A stretch of 64,000 bases of DNA, from contig CAVVJT010000003.1 in the NCBI GenBank assembly GCA_963748625.1, forward strand, positions 256,001 to 320,000. Direction: 5' to 3'. This document shows, one piece after another, positions 39,507-48,922 of the stretch. A model generated the notes under the pieces. The model was not told the origin of the DNA and searched no databases. It was given only the letters and a program-made list of their open reading frames with translations. The position numbers were made by a program, and so were the translations under genes. Every line of letters begins with the position of its first letter. The first letter of the stretch is position 1. This DNA is from an uncultured Chloroflexia bacterium. GTDB taxonomy: Bacteria > Chloroflexota > Limnocylindria > Limnocylindrales > CSP1-4.

Positions 39507-41309
39507 TCAGGGCCACATCGGTGCGGGCGGGATCTCACCGTTCGGGTAGAGGGTCGCGAGGTCGATGACGAGGAACTCCACGTACCCGTTGTACCTGCGA
39601 GTCAGTCTCTGGTATCGAGTTGTCGTTTTGATCCTGAGCGACTTGCCGGGCACGAGCGTGTACGTCTCCTTCGTCCCAAGGGGGATGGGGCCAGCCGCGA
39701 GGCGGGCGCCGCTGAATGCGACGTAGACGGGCCGGATCTGGACGCGCCCCGGCAGGTTGCGCGGTCTGATCACCATCGAGCCGGCCGGCTTGCGCAGGCC
39801 GGGTCGGCAGGACATGCGCGTACCTCCAAGGTCATAGCACCGAATGTAGTGGAAGGGGTCGGCCGAGAATGGCTCGACCCAGCGGGCGGACAGCACCTCA
39901 ACTCCGATCTCAGCCACCCTGCCAGCATCCTTGCCAGACAGGAGCAGCGGCCCGTCTCGTTCCCACTCCTCCAGATCGAGTGCCTGCTCGACGCTCCTGA
40001 CTTGGGCGCCGGTGACCTTCCGTCCCTTCTTGTCAAGGGGCGTGAAGGCGAGCTGCAGGACCGGGTATCCCTGGGAACGTAGGTTCAACGACTCGAGCAT
40101 GAACGGCCAACCGTCGACAGGTCTGGCCCTGATCATCAAGCCCACGGTGTCGGGACTCGCGGTCGGTCTGGGTGCAGGCGAGCCCGCGGAAGTGGGTGCG
40201 GGCGAAGCCGTTGCACTCGGTGCGGGCGAAGCTGTCGGGCTCGGTGCGGGCAGAGGTGTGGAGACTGACGGTGCGGGCGAAGCCGTCGGGCTCGGTGCGG
40301 ACTGCGGACCTGCGACGACCGCGGCAGGAGCAGGCGTGCCCGTCGCTGCAGGTGACGCCATCCCCGGTGCCGAGACTGCGACCTGGGTCAGCGCGACGGC
40401 GCCAACGATCGCGATCGCGGCGACAAGGAGCATCACGACCTTCATCGGGATTGCCGTCACTGCGGCGTGCGTGGTGGTGCCTGTCCCGCCCTTAGTTGGG
40501 TCCGTCGCCGAGCCCGCCTGGGCTCCTGTCTCACTCCCCGGTACCGGTGCTCCGGCGCCGGTGACCTGCATCCGGATCGCCTCGCCCATGCCGGCGGGGG
40601 CCGGGATGAGCGGCAGGATCCCGAGAGCACGCGACGCGCCCCGCAGCTCCTCGTCGATCGTCTGGCAGGTCGTGCATGCGGCGAAGTGGGCCGTGAACTC
40701 GGGCGTCGCCTTGGCCGGGGCCTCAATCCTGTCCAGCAGGTCGTCGCGGAAGCCCCGGCAGGTCGCTGCGGCCCCATGGATCCCGTACAGACGGTCGGCG
40801 TAGCGGCGGCGGACCGAGCGCCGCGCCCGGTGGACGAGGACGTACACCGAGTTCGCCGTCTTGCCCAGGGCCTCGGCGATCTCGGGCGCATCGCGGCCCT
40901 CGGCGACCATGGTGAGCACGGCCCGCTGGTCCGGGGCGAGGTCGTCCACCAGGCCCCAGACCGTGGCGAGCTGGTCGGCTGCGACGGTCGCGTGCGCCGG
41001 GTCGAGCGAGGGGTCCGTCTCGACCAGGCCCGGCCGCTCGAACGTCTCGCCGTCGGCGCCCTCGGTCTCGAGCGGTGCGTCACGGGCGTCGCGCAGGCGG
41101 GCCCGGCGGATGGCCTCGCGCGAGACGACGGTCGTCAGCCACGGACCCGCATCCAGGATCCGGTCAGCGCCCTGGTAGGCCCGGACGAACGCCTCCTGGA
41201 CGACGTCGGCGGCGAGGTCCTCGTCGCGCAGGATGCGCCGGCTGATCGAGTACAGGCGCGTGCTGTGCGACGCGTACAGCGCGTCGAAGGTGGAGACGTC
41301 GAGTGCCAT
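39507..41309 (-). CDS. ECF sigma factor fused to zinc-binding anti-sigma domain, TM helix, Pro/Ser/Thr linker and extracytoplasmic domain A
   Basis: Region 2 (LAADVVQEAFVRAY...WLTTVV), region 4 (EIAEALGKTANSVYVLVHRARR), HFAACTTC (Hx3Cx2C), TM helix. Confidence 0.9.
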   Translation of the reverse strand: MALDVSTFDALYASHSTRLYSISRRILRDEDLAADVVQEAFVRAYQGADRILDAGPWLTTVVSREAIRRARLRDARDAPLETEGADGETFERPGLVETDPSLDPAHATVAADQLATVWGLVDDLAPDQRAVLTMVAEGRDAPEIAEALGKTANSVYVLVHRARRSVRRRYADRLYGIHGAAATCRGFRDDLLDRIEAPAKATPEFTAHFAACTTCQTIDEELRGASRALGILPLIPAPAGMGEAIRMQVTGAGAPVPGSETGAQAGSATDPTKGGTGTTTHAAVTAIPMKVVMLLVAAIAIVGAVALTQVAVSAPGMASPAATGTPAPAAVVAGPQSAPSPTASPAPSVSTPLPAPSPTASPAPSATASPAPTSAGSPAPRPTASPDTVGLMIRARPVDGWPFMLESLNLRSQGYPVLQLAFTPLDKKGRKVTGAQVRSVEQALDLEEWERDGPLLLSGKDAGRVAEIGVEVLSARWVEPFSADPFHYIRCYDLGGTRMSCRPGLRKPAGSMVIRPRNLPGRVQIRPVYVAFSGARLAAGPIPLGTKETYTLVPGKSLRIKTTTRYQRLTRRYNGYVEFLVIDLATLYPNGEIPPAPMWP

Positions 41310-41312
41310 GGG

Positions 41313-41402
41313 TCAGGGGGCCGGCTGGATGGCGGGGTCGATGGCGCTCGTCACCCGGGCGAGCCCGGCCATGCGTCTGTACGTGACGAAACGGTTCGGC
41401 AT
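41313..41402 (-). CDS. Short leader ORF (29 aa) ending 3 nt before sigma copy 1
   Basis: GGGGAG SD, MPNRFVTYRRMAGLARVTSAIDPAIQPAP*; the sigma ATG has no SD of its own. Confidence 0.4.
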   Translation of the reverse strand: MPNRFVTYRRMAGLARVTSAIDPAIQPAP

Positions 41403-41578
41403 GAGGCTCCCCCAGTGCGGACTGTGTGGGACGCCGCGCGGCGATCATAGGCGGGATGCATCCTCGTGCGTGGGGCGTGCACGTCGTGCTTCCTACGCTC
41501 CTCGCGTTCTCGCAGACATATGCCGAGCGCCCGGCCATGGCTGGGGCGTCTTCAGCGCCACGCGGTCGACGGTCTCCT

Positions 41579-41845
41579 CTACCCGGGGCGCCACTTCGCT
41601 CGTGGTGGCACGACAGCCTCCCAGTCATCGGCCGGAACGACCCGGTCCCAGCTCCAGCGGCGCTTCGCGGCGAAGCCGTGCCAGTACGAGAGATCCCCCA
41701 TCCAGCCGCTTGTTGCGAGGCTGCCCGCGACGACAGGGTAGGACGGCACCTCGCCGGGCGACCGACCCTCGACCCATCGGAAGTAGTCGACGCGGCGCCG
41801 GATCACGCGCGATCGATGCGCCCGTCGCAGTGCTCGCTTGGCCAT
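41579..41845 (-). CDS. Small basic Trp-rich protein (88 aa)
   Basis: GGAGAG SD; directly downstream of the promoter motif at 41880-41907. Confidence 0.6.
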   Translation of the reverse strand: MAKRALRRAHRSRVIRRRVDYFRWVEGRSPGEVPSYPVVAGSLATSGWMGDLSYWHGFAAKRRWSWDRVVPADDWEAVVPPRAKWRPG

Positions 41846-41879
41846 CAGTCACTCTCCAGTCCAATCACTCCGTGAAGGG

Positions 41880-41907
41880 TTGAGTCCCGACGGCGGGCGT
41901 CCTTACA
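41880..41907 (-). promoter_or_regulatory. Putative ECF promoter TGTAAGG-N16-CTCAA
   Basis: Exact motif, 35 bp upstream of the ATG at 41845. Confidence 0.75.
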
Positions 41908-41954
41908 CCCCGCCCACGATTCGGCGGCGCTGTGGGGAACGACCTGCAGTCGAG

Positions 41955-42017
41955 CTGGCGAGTGGCTGCGGACTGGACGCGGCCAGCCGTGCTGGCATTG
42001 GCGATCGGGGTGTCCAT
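41955..42017 (-). pseudogene. N-terminal remnant of a paralogue of the 48923-50383 gene
   Basis: MDTPIANASTAGRVQSAATR vs MDTSTANATTDGPAQSSATR; the upstream ~90 bp is also similar to 50376-50465. Confidence 0.7.
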
Positions 42018-42067
42018 GGTTGCGCGTTCCCTCCGACGTTCGGCGGCAATATGCCGCCGATAGGCAC

Positions 42068-42095
42068 TTGAGCCGCGAGGGAGCCGCGTCTTACG
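42068..42095 (-). promoter_or_regulatory. Putative ECF promoter CGTAAGA-N16-CTCAA (diverged copy of 50434-50461)
   Basis: Same 16-bp spacer sequence as the 50434 site. Confidence 0.6.
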
Positions 42096-42505
42096 CCTTT
42101 GCAGAACGGTTGCGGGCGCTGTGCACGGAAGGACTGCTGACGGACGAGAAGAACGGCTTCGAATGCGACTTGCTCCGCGAAGGGATCTCCCTCGACGAAG
42201 TCTCCCTCCTGGTCGACCTGAAGAGCCCGTCCTCGAGCGGTCAGTTCGCCCTTATCGCAGGCGGCGGGGACGCCGTCGTGCGCCCGGAAGACGTCCCGGA
42301 AGTGCTGGCGGTGCTCACAGCGGGCCTGGGCGATGCAAACGCGGAGCGTGTGATCGCGGCCCTCCGAGCGTTGCCGAATTCCTACTACTGCCATTGGCCG
42401 GTCCTCGTCGACGGCGGGTACCAGATCACCCTGAAATGCGATGAGCGGTACCCGTCTTGGGCCGTTGAGGTACTACTCGAAGACGGCATGCCAATGACCC
42501 CGTAG
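42092..42505 (+). pseudogene. Start-less orphan domain distantly similar to extracytoplasmic domain B of sigma copy 2
   Basis: PEDVPEVLAVLTAGLGDANAERVIAALR aligns ungapped with ESELAEVKTYIDAVLEPTLAEPAMEWVR; also shared LxA(L/I)C...C and W....L..D; no SD or start. Confidence 0.5.
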
Positions 42506-42568
42506 CGAGAGAAGCCCAATGGCTCCGGCCGATCGACCACCATGCAAAATCTTCGGCTATGGCTCGCC

Positions 42569-42596
42569 TGTAAGGAATGGTTCCGATCTGGCTCAA
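42569..42596 (+). promoter_or_regulatory. Putative ECF promoter TGTAAGG-N16-CTCAA
   Basis: Exact motif, 59 bp upstream of the GTG at 42655. Confidence 0.75.
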
Positions 42597-42654
42597 CCAT
42601 TCAGGCGTGCAGAACACTCACCGCCGCGCCATCTTGAGCACCCTGGAGCAACAC

Positions 42655-43629
42655 GTGCGCAGACTGACGACACTCTTGACCACGACCCTCGCCGCTGGCG
42701 CCATCCTGACGGCCTGCGGCGGGAGCAACGCCGACGCGCTCACTGCCAAGAAGAATGCCGAGGCCCTCACTGGCGACAGTTGGCTACTCACGAGCACCAC
42801 CCTCAAGGTCCCCGCATTCCAGGCGGTCGTGGCGCCCGAGGACCAGACGAAGTTCGCGATCACGTTCGACGCAAACGGGATCTTCAACGCCGCCGCCGAC
42901 TGCAACCTACTCACGGGCACCTACACGACCACGGGAGCGGACGGTCTGTCGATCACCCCGGGTCCCACGACGACCGAATTCTGCGGGGAGGGCTCGTTCG
43001 ACTTCCTCTTCGCGCAAGCGCTGGGCAAAGTCTCGACTTACACCATCACGGCTGACGAGCTGACCACGACGCTATCGGACGGGGGCACCCTGACGTACGC
43101 CTCCGCCCAACGTCTCACCCAGGAGGAGGGCGTCAGCCCCGACGGCAGCATGAATGAATGCGCGTTCGTCTCGTCCGCCGACGCGTCGGACGCCCTTGGC
43201 GTCGAGGTGGGGGCCGTGCCCCTGGGCGGACTCGTGGACGCCACCGTGGGACAGATCCTCGACAAGCGCGTCATCCCCGACGCGGAGGAGTGCTGGGTCG
43301 TTGGGGGGAGCACGGCCACGACAGGGCGCATCGCGCGCCAGGTCGGCGACGATGCATCAGGGTCGTTCAACGCGGCGAGGGCCACGGCGATCGCCAGCGC
43401 CTACTTCGCCGGCGACGTCTCCGGCCTCGGCGACCAGGCGTTCTGCACCGGCATGTCAGAAGCGGAATCGTTCGGGGTGCTCGTGCTGCGTGGCGACACC
43501 CTCGTCTACGTGAGCCTGATCGATCCAGCTGTCGCCGGTTTGGACCGCCAGACGAACAGTGACGGCGTGGTCACCTCGCCCAAGACGTGTGCTCTCGCCC
43601 AGGAGGTCGCGAAGAAGGTGCTTCGCTGA
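42655..43629 (+). CDS. META (HslJ-like) domain lipoprotein with a second extracellular domain
   Basis: GGAG SD; lipobox LTAC; WLLTS...ITF...ADCN...GTY...GPTT...C pattern. Confidence 0.8.
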   Translation: MRRLTTLLTTTLAAGAILTACGGSNADALTAKKNAEALTGDSWLLTSTTLKVPAFQAVVAPEDQTKFAITFDANGIFNAAADCNLLTGTYTTTGADGLSITPGPTTTEFCGEGSFDFLFAQALGKVSTYTITADELTTTLSDGGTLTYASAQRLTQEEGVSPDGSMNECAFVSSADASDALGVEVGAVPLGGLVDATVGQILDKRVIPDAEECWVVGGSTATTGRIARQVGDDASGSFNAARATAIASAYFAGDVSGLGDQAFCTGMSEAESFGVLVLRGDTLVYVSLIDPAVAGLDRQTNSDGVVTSPKTCALAQEVAKKVLR

Positions 43630-44124
43630 GCAAGGCTCCAGGAGGTGCCGTCCTCGCGACGTAGCCGCCAACAGCCCATACCGTCACCGCGATCCCGGCC
43701 CACAGCACCCACCTGCCCAGGCGTCGTCCGGGCTCGGAGGCGTACAGCGTGCCGATCAAAGGGACTGCGCCGTGGGCGACCGAGACCAAGTTGGTCTTGA
43801 CCGCCACGCCCGCCGACGCCCAGTCGAGATCCGGCCCGTAGGTGAAGGCTCCGATGAGGACCGCGACATACCCCGCCTCCACAGCAGCAGCGATCCCAAG
43901 CGAGGCGACCAGGGTTGCCGTCCAATGCGGGGTGACCTAAGTCGTGGCCGATCGCCGCGCGATCTCGAGTCCTGCCTAACGGCTCCGCCGCGTGGCTTTG
44001 CCGGAATGCGGTGCCCCTCACGGTGTCGCTGCAAGACTCTCGAGCTATGCCGTATAGGAGTGTGCTGAACACCGGCTCACGCCTGCGCTCACGAGGGCAA
44101 GTGCGCCTGGCTCGTTGACTCCCG

Positions 44125-46275
44125 TCACGGAAGGTGGCCCCACGCAAGTGCGGTCGAGCCCTTGGCATCGACGATCCCCTTCGTCCGCGGCCCGTTGGCG
44201 CCTCCGACGATGACCAGCGCTCCGTCGGACCGTTCGATGACGGCTTCAGCGAAGGAACCAATTGGTGCATCTGGGAGCACGGTGGCACGCCACGCCTTGC
44301 CGTCGTCCGACACGAACACGCTCGCGCGCTCCTTGCCGGCGGGGCCGATGAAGCCAACCGCAACCCAGCCGCGCTCTCCAAACGGGATGACGTCGAGAAG
44401 GCCACCGCGGCGCGCAACCGTGAGCGGCTTCGACCAGCGCACGCCGTCGGTCGTCGTCCACACAACACCCTTGCCGTTGGCGATGCCGCCCGCGACAGCC
44501 GTCTTACGCCGGGCTGCCACGGCCTCCGCACGGACGACATCACCGTCACCAGCAGGCGCCGAGAAGGTGCCAAGTTCGGGCTGTAGGTCGCTGGCGAACC
44601 GATCGTAGTACGCGACTGGCTCGGTGTACTTGTCAGGGTTCTGGCACTCCCGGCGGCCCACGATGAGATGGCCCTCGCCATAGGGTGTGGTGGCGACGGC
44701 GTACAACTTGTCACACTCATCAGTGACACCCATCTCTCGGCCATCCAGTGGGAACCACTCCGAGCCGTCGCCGGAGCGGAAGCCGAAGGGGAACCACCAG
44801 ACATAGTCCGAGAAGTTCGTCTGTCGGCCGGCGACGACATACCCACCGCCGGGTGTGCCATCGATGCCGATGAAGCGCCCGACAACGGTCTTGCTGCCAT
44901 CGCGGGCTTCCGGCGGTGTCAGCGTCCAGGTGCGCCCGTCTGTGGTGGTCCATAGACCCGCGCGGCGCAACCCGAGGTTGCCCGCTGCCGTGAACCCGGT
45001 CTTTGTCGGGGCGACGCCAACGACGGTGTAGTCGGTGCCGAGCATCGGCTTCGGTGAGATCAGTTCCCACTCGCTGCCCTCGCCGCGGAGGACGGCGCCT
45101 GTGGCCCGGCGCTGGCCGACGGCTACGAGCACGTCATCGCGTGTGGCAACGTCGTACAGATACATCGCCTTGCCGCCCTCGGGCAGAGTCAGCGGCAACC
45201 AACTGAGCGCGGCGACGCCAGAACCCGGGGTCGTCGCGGGAGTCGCCGGCGTCGCCGGGGCGCTCGTCGGCGTGAGTGGCGGAGTCGGGGTCGGCGCCGG
45301 GGCCGGAGTCGATGGCGGCGGCGCAGATCCGTCATAGGAGATCGACGCTGTCGAAGTCTTGTCCCAGCTCGAAATGACGTTGATCAGGTACGGGGCGATC
45401 TTGCCGACCGCGGCGACCTGCTCCGCCGTCTTGCCGATGAGTCCAAAGACATCGTCGCCGTACGAGGACAGCTTGTTCGTCGTGGCCGAGATCGCCGCCT
45501 TGAGGTCCTCTTCGATGGCCGCGCTGCCGGAGTTGAGAGGGACCCCTGCGGCGATCACGTCCCAGAGGTCCTGCAGCATCCCGAGGACCTGATCACCGGC
45601 AGCAACGAAGTCTCCGTCCGCCATCGCGGCAGCCAGCGGGGCCGACCGGAATGTGACGACGCCCAGCAGCCACGCGATCGTATCGGCGTTCACGAGGATC
45701 CCGACGCCGGGCACCGGCGCTGCGTAGCCGATCAGGATCTCCAAGGTCATCAGGCTGGCATCGAGGATGACGCTCACGCCCTCGACCTTGGACTGGAGGC
45801 TGACCGTCAGCGTGCCGCCTCCACGCGCGGAGAGCTCCACGCCTTGGGTTACGCCCCCGACAAGACCGGTGGCGAAGGATGGCTGGCTCTTTGTATTAGC
45901 GCTGTTGCACAGGCCCGTGATGTTCGGCTTCACGCACGTGAATGAGGGGACAACCAAGTCGCCGCTCTGCGTTGTTGTAGCCCTGACCTGCTGGGAGTAC
46001 CCCCCGTCCCACCCCATCCACAGGAGGAGGTCATCAAACGGGGTACCAGTCCTGATCTCCGTGGCGCTCTTGAGGATCACTGTCATGACGGCCTTGCTCG
46101 GGTCCGTCCGGTTGCGATCGAGCGTCACGCTCAGTCCACCGCCATCGGACGACACTTGAGACCAGGTCCCCACGGCATCTTCGCGCCAGGCTCCCAGTGC
46201 GACGCCAGGCGCCTGCGGCGGCGGCACGGACAGCGCAACGACGATCGCGCAGAGGGTGACAAGCAGGCGCTTCAC
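44125..46275 (-). CDS. Secreted protein: N-terminal domain, hydrophobic helical region, Pro/Thr linker, BNR-like propeller repeats
   Basis: Signal peptide; WTTTDGRTW, FRSGDGSEW, WTTTDGVRW and VSDDGKAW repeats. Confidence 0.8.
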   Translation of the reverse strand: MKRLLVTLCAIVVALSVPPPQAPGVALGAWREDAVGTWSQVSSDGGGLSVTLDRNRTDPSKAVMTVILKSATEIRTGTPFDDLLLWMGWDGGYSQQVRATTTQSGDLVVPSFTCVKPNITGLCNSANTKSQPSFATGLVGGVTQGVELSARGGGTLTVSLQSKVEGVSVILDASLMTLEILIGYAAPVPGVGILVNADTIAWLLGVVTFRSAPLAAAMADGDFVAAGDQVLGMLQDLWDVIAAGVPLNSGSAAIEEDLKAAISATTNKLSSYGDDVFGLIGKTAEQVAAVGKIAPYLINVISSWDKTSTASISYDGSAPPPSTPAPAPTPTPPLTPTSAPATPATPATTPGSGVAALSWLPLTLPEGGKAMYLYDVATRDDVLVAVGQRRATGAVLRGEGSEWELISPKPMLGTDYTVVGVAPTKTGFTAAGNLGLRRAGLWTTTDGRTWTLTPPEARDGSKTVVGRFIGIDGTPGGGYVVAGRQTNFSDYVWWFPFGFRSGDGSEWFPLDGREMGVTDECDKLYAVATTPYGEGHLIVGRRECQNPDKYTEPVAYYDRFASDLQPELGTFSAPAGDGDVVRAEAVAARRKTAVAGGIANGKGVVWTTTDGVRWSKPLTVARRGGLLDVIPFGERGWVAVGFIGPAGKERASVFVSDDGKAWRATVLPDAPIGSFAEAVIERSDGALVIVGGANGPRTKGIVDAKGSTALAWGHLP

Positions 46276-47069
46276 GGGATCACCACCACACTCACTCGGG
46301 ATCCACCGGCAGGCTCAGGAACTATCGCGATCTCGGCCCGGAGCCGGGAGTCGTCAACCACGAACGCTGCGCGTTCCCCGTCGATGATCGGCTCCGGGGT
46401 CGCCCCTGTCCCGCTGATCGCTGCGCGATAGAAGTCCACGAGGGCCCCGGTGGTCGCCGGCGTCACGAAGACCGCAGCCGTCTTGGAGCCTGCCGTGCCC
46501 GCGTCGAAGAGTTCTGCATCGGGTGGCGCGAGAAAGGCGGGGAAGTCCTCGGGCAAGGCGTCGGCCCGCGGCATCGCAGGGTCCGGCTCTCCTGTATCGC
46601 CCACGTGCTGCGGCCCGAGCGCGACGGCGAACACGGTAGGGCTGGTCAAGGCCACCGTCACCACCGTGCGGGCGAACTCGCCGGACGCGTCCTCGAAGGT
46701 GAACACACTCTGATCGAGCATCTTGACGTCGCTCGTGCGGGACCAGGCAGCATCCTCAAGCTCCCGGTAGAAGCGCGAGACATCGGCCGGCGGAGCATCC
46801 GTCACCCAACGCGCCCAGTAGCTCGCAGGCGGGCCGCTGCCGCCGGTGGCCGCGACAAGCGTCGCTCCATCGGGCAGCGGGAAGTCCGGGAAGCCCGGCG
46901 GGAGCGAGGCAGCCGGCGCGCCGGATTGCGCGGGGTCGTTGGCCGCGCCATCAACGGCAGGCGTAGCCGGGGGGCTCTGCCACGGCCTGAGCACCGCCAG
47001 GGCGGCTCCCGCGATCACTACTGCACTGGCGCCCGCGGCAACCAACAACAAACGTCGAGACCGTCCCAT
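46272..47069 (-). CDS. Membrane-anchored protein with two similar extracellular domains
   Basis: GAGGGGG SD; N-terminal TM; LP.GFP.FP.P.GA...V..FYR motif twice. Confidence 0.7.
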   Translation of the reverse strand: MGRSRRLLLVAAGASAVVIAGAALAVLRPWQSPPATPAVDGAANDPAQSGAPAASLPPGFPDFPLPDGATLVAATGGSGPPASYWARWVTDAPPADVSRFYRELEDAAWSRTSDVKMLDQSVFTFEDASGEFARTVVTVALTSPTVFAVALGPQHVGDTGEPDPAMPRADALPEDFPAFLAPPDAELFDAGTAGSKTAAVFVTPATTGALVDFYRAAISGTGATPEPIIDGERAAFVVDDSRLRAEIAIVPEPAGGSRVSVVVIP

Positions 47070-47246
47070 CAAGACCCCCTCAGGCTCGTGTACCGCCCGT
47101 GCTTCCGGTGGACTGCCACAGATGGGGACGCACTGCGGCACGATGGCTCCTTCCCATGACCACGACCGCACGAGAGGTCCGAGCGCGAGCACGGAGCAGA
47201 TCCCGTCGCCTCTGACCCGCGCACGCGACAATCATCGCCGTGCTGA

Positions 47247-48881
47247 TCATGGGCACACCGGTGCGGGAGGTTTGTCATTGTTGGAGACCATGTAGTTCCA
47301 GTCCATGAGGTTCACTTGCAGCCACGGGTTGCTGCCGGCCTTCCTCGCCGTCGGAAAGACATCTACCAGAAGCCCGGTCCCCAGGCACTTCATGTTGAAC
47401 CCCAAGAACTCCCCATTCTTCTGCGAGTAGCGCACCCACTCCATCGCCGGTTCGGCCAGAGTCGGCTCGAGGACCGCGTCGATGTATGTCTTGACCTCGG
47501 CGAGCTCGCTCTCCGAGGGGAAACTCTTCCGCTTCGCCAGCACGTAGATGTGCACACTTCGGCAGCCAGGCGGGAGGCAGGACTCGGTGATGACGCTGGT
47601 ACGCACGCCGGTACTTCCGAGTTCGCCCTGGTCACCATCCGAGCTGCACGAGACCTCGTTGTCCGGGCTAAGGGGCGGGTTGAATCCCTCCGGGAAGCCA
47701 GCGCAGATCGCAAGCAGATTGGCCTTGTAGTCGGGCAGGAACGGGTAGGTGTCAGCCGCGGAAGTGGGTGCGGGCGAAGCCGTTGCACTCGGTGCGGGCG
47801 AAGCTGTCGGGCTCGGTGCGGGCAGAGGTGTGGAGACTGACGGTGCGGGCGAAGCCGTCGGGCTCGGTGCGGACTGCGGACCTGCGACGACCGCGGCAGG
47901 AGCAGGCGTGCCCGTCGCTGCAGGTGACGCCATCCCCGGTGCCGAGACTGCGACCTGGGTCAGCGCGACGGCGCCAACGATCGCGATCGCGGCGACAAGG
48001 AGCATCACGACCTTCATCGGGATTGCCGTCACTGCGGCGTGCGTGGTGGTGCCTGTCCCGCCCTTAGTTGGGTCCGTCGCCGAGCCCGCCTGGGCTCCTG
48101 TCTCACTCCCCGGTACCGGTGCTCCGGCGCCGGTGACCTGCATCCGGATCGCCTCGCCCATGCCGGCGGGGGCCGGGATGAGCGGCAGGATCCCGAGAGC
48201 ACGCGACGCGCCCCGCAGCTCCTCGTCGATCGTCTGGCAGGTCGTGCATGCGGCGAAGTGGGCCGTGAACTCGGGCGTCGCCTTGGCCGGGGCCTCAATC
48301 CTGTCCAGCAGGTCGTCGCGGAAGCCCCGGCAGGTCGCTGCGGCCCCATGGATCCCGTACAGACGGTCGGCGTAGCGGCGGCGGACCGAGCGCCGCGCCC
48401 GGTGGACGAGGACGTACACCGAGTTCGCCGTCTTGCCCAGGGCCTCGGCGATCTCGGGCGCATCGCGGCCCTCGGCGACCATGGTGAGCACGGCCCGCTG
48501 GTCCGGGGCGAGGTCGTCCACCAGGCCCCAGACCGTGGCGAGCTGGTCGGCTGCGACGGTCGCGTGCGCCGGGTCGAGCGAGGGGTCCGTCTCGACCAGG
48601 CCCGGCCGCTCGAACGTCTCGCCGTCGGCGCCCTCGGTCTCGAGCGGTGCGTCACGGGCGTCGCGCAGGCGGGCCCGGCGGATGGCCTCGCGCGAGACGA
48701 CGGTCGTCAGCCACGGACCCGCATCCAGGATCCGGTCAGCGCCCTGGTAGGCCCGGACGAACGCCTCCTGGACGACGTCGGCGGCGAGGTCCTCGTCGCG
48801 CAGGATGCGCCGGCTGATCGAGTACAGGCGCGTGCTGTGCGACGCGTACAGCGCGTCGAAGGTGGAGACGTCGAGTGCCAT
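47247..48881 (-). CDS. ECF sigma / anti-sigma / TM fusion, copy 2, with extracytoplasmic domain B (6 Cys)
   Basis: First ~375 aa identical to 39507-41309; different C-terminal ~169 aa. Confidence 0.9.
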   Translation of the reverse strand: MALDVSTFDALYASHSTRLYSISRRILRDEDLAADVVQEAFVRAYQGADRILDAGPWLTTVVSREAIRRARLRDARDAPLETEGADGETFERPGLVETDPSLDPAHATVAADQLATVWGLVDDLAPDQRAVLTMVAEGRDAPEIAEALGKTANSVYVLVHRARRSVRRRYADRLYGIHGAAATCRGFRDDLLDRIEAPAKATPEFTAHFAACTTCQTIDEELRGASRALGILPLIPAPAGMGEAIRMQVTGAGAPVPGSETGAQAGSATDPTKGGTGTTTHAAVTAIPMKVVMLLVAAIAIVGAVALTQVAVSAPGMASPAATGTPAPAAVVAGPQSAPSPTASPAPSVSTPLPAPSPTASPAPSATASPAPTSAADTYPFLPDYKANLLAICAGFPEGFNPPLSPDNEVSCSSDGDQGELGSTGVRTSVITESCLPPGCRSVHIYVLAKRKSFPSESELAEVKTYIDAVLEPTLAEPAMEWVRYSQKNGEFLGFNMKCLGTGLLVDVFPTARKAGSNPWLQVNLMDWNYMVSNNDKPPAPVCP

Positions 48882-48922
48882 GGGTCAGGGGGCCGGCTGG
48901 ATGGCGGGGTCGATGGCGCTCG

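Noticed and set aside
41310-41354. Selenocysteine or stop readthrough at the in-frame TGA before the sigma ATG
   Set aside because: No recognisable SECIS-like hairpin or redox motif, and an ATG follows one codon later
43571-43882. Small membrane protein gene
   Set aside because: Hydrophobic but overlaps the end of the META gene and lacks a convincing start; probably a fragment
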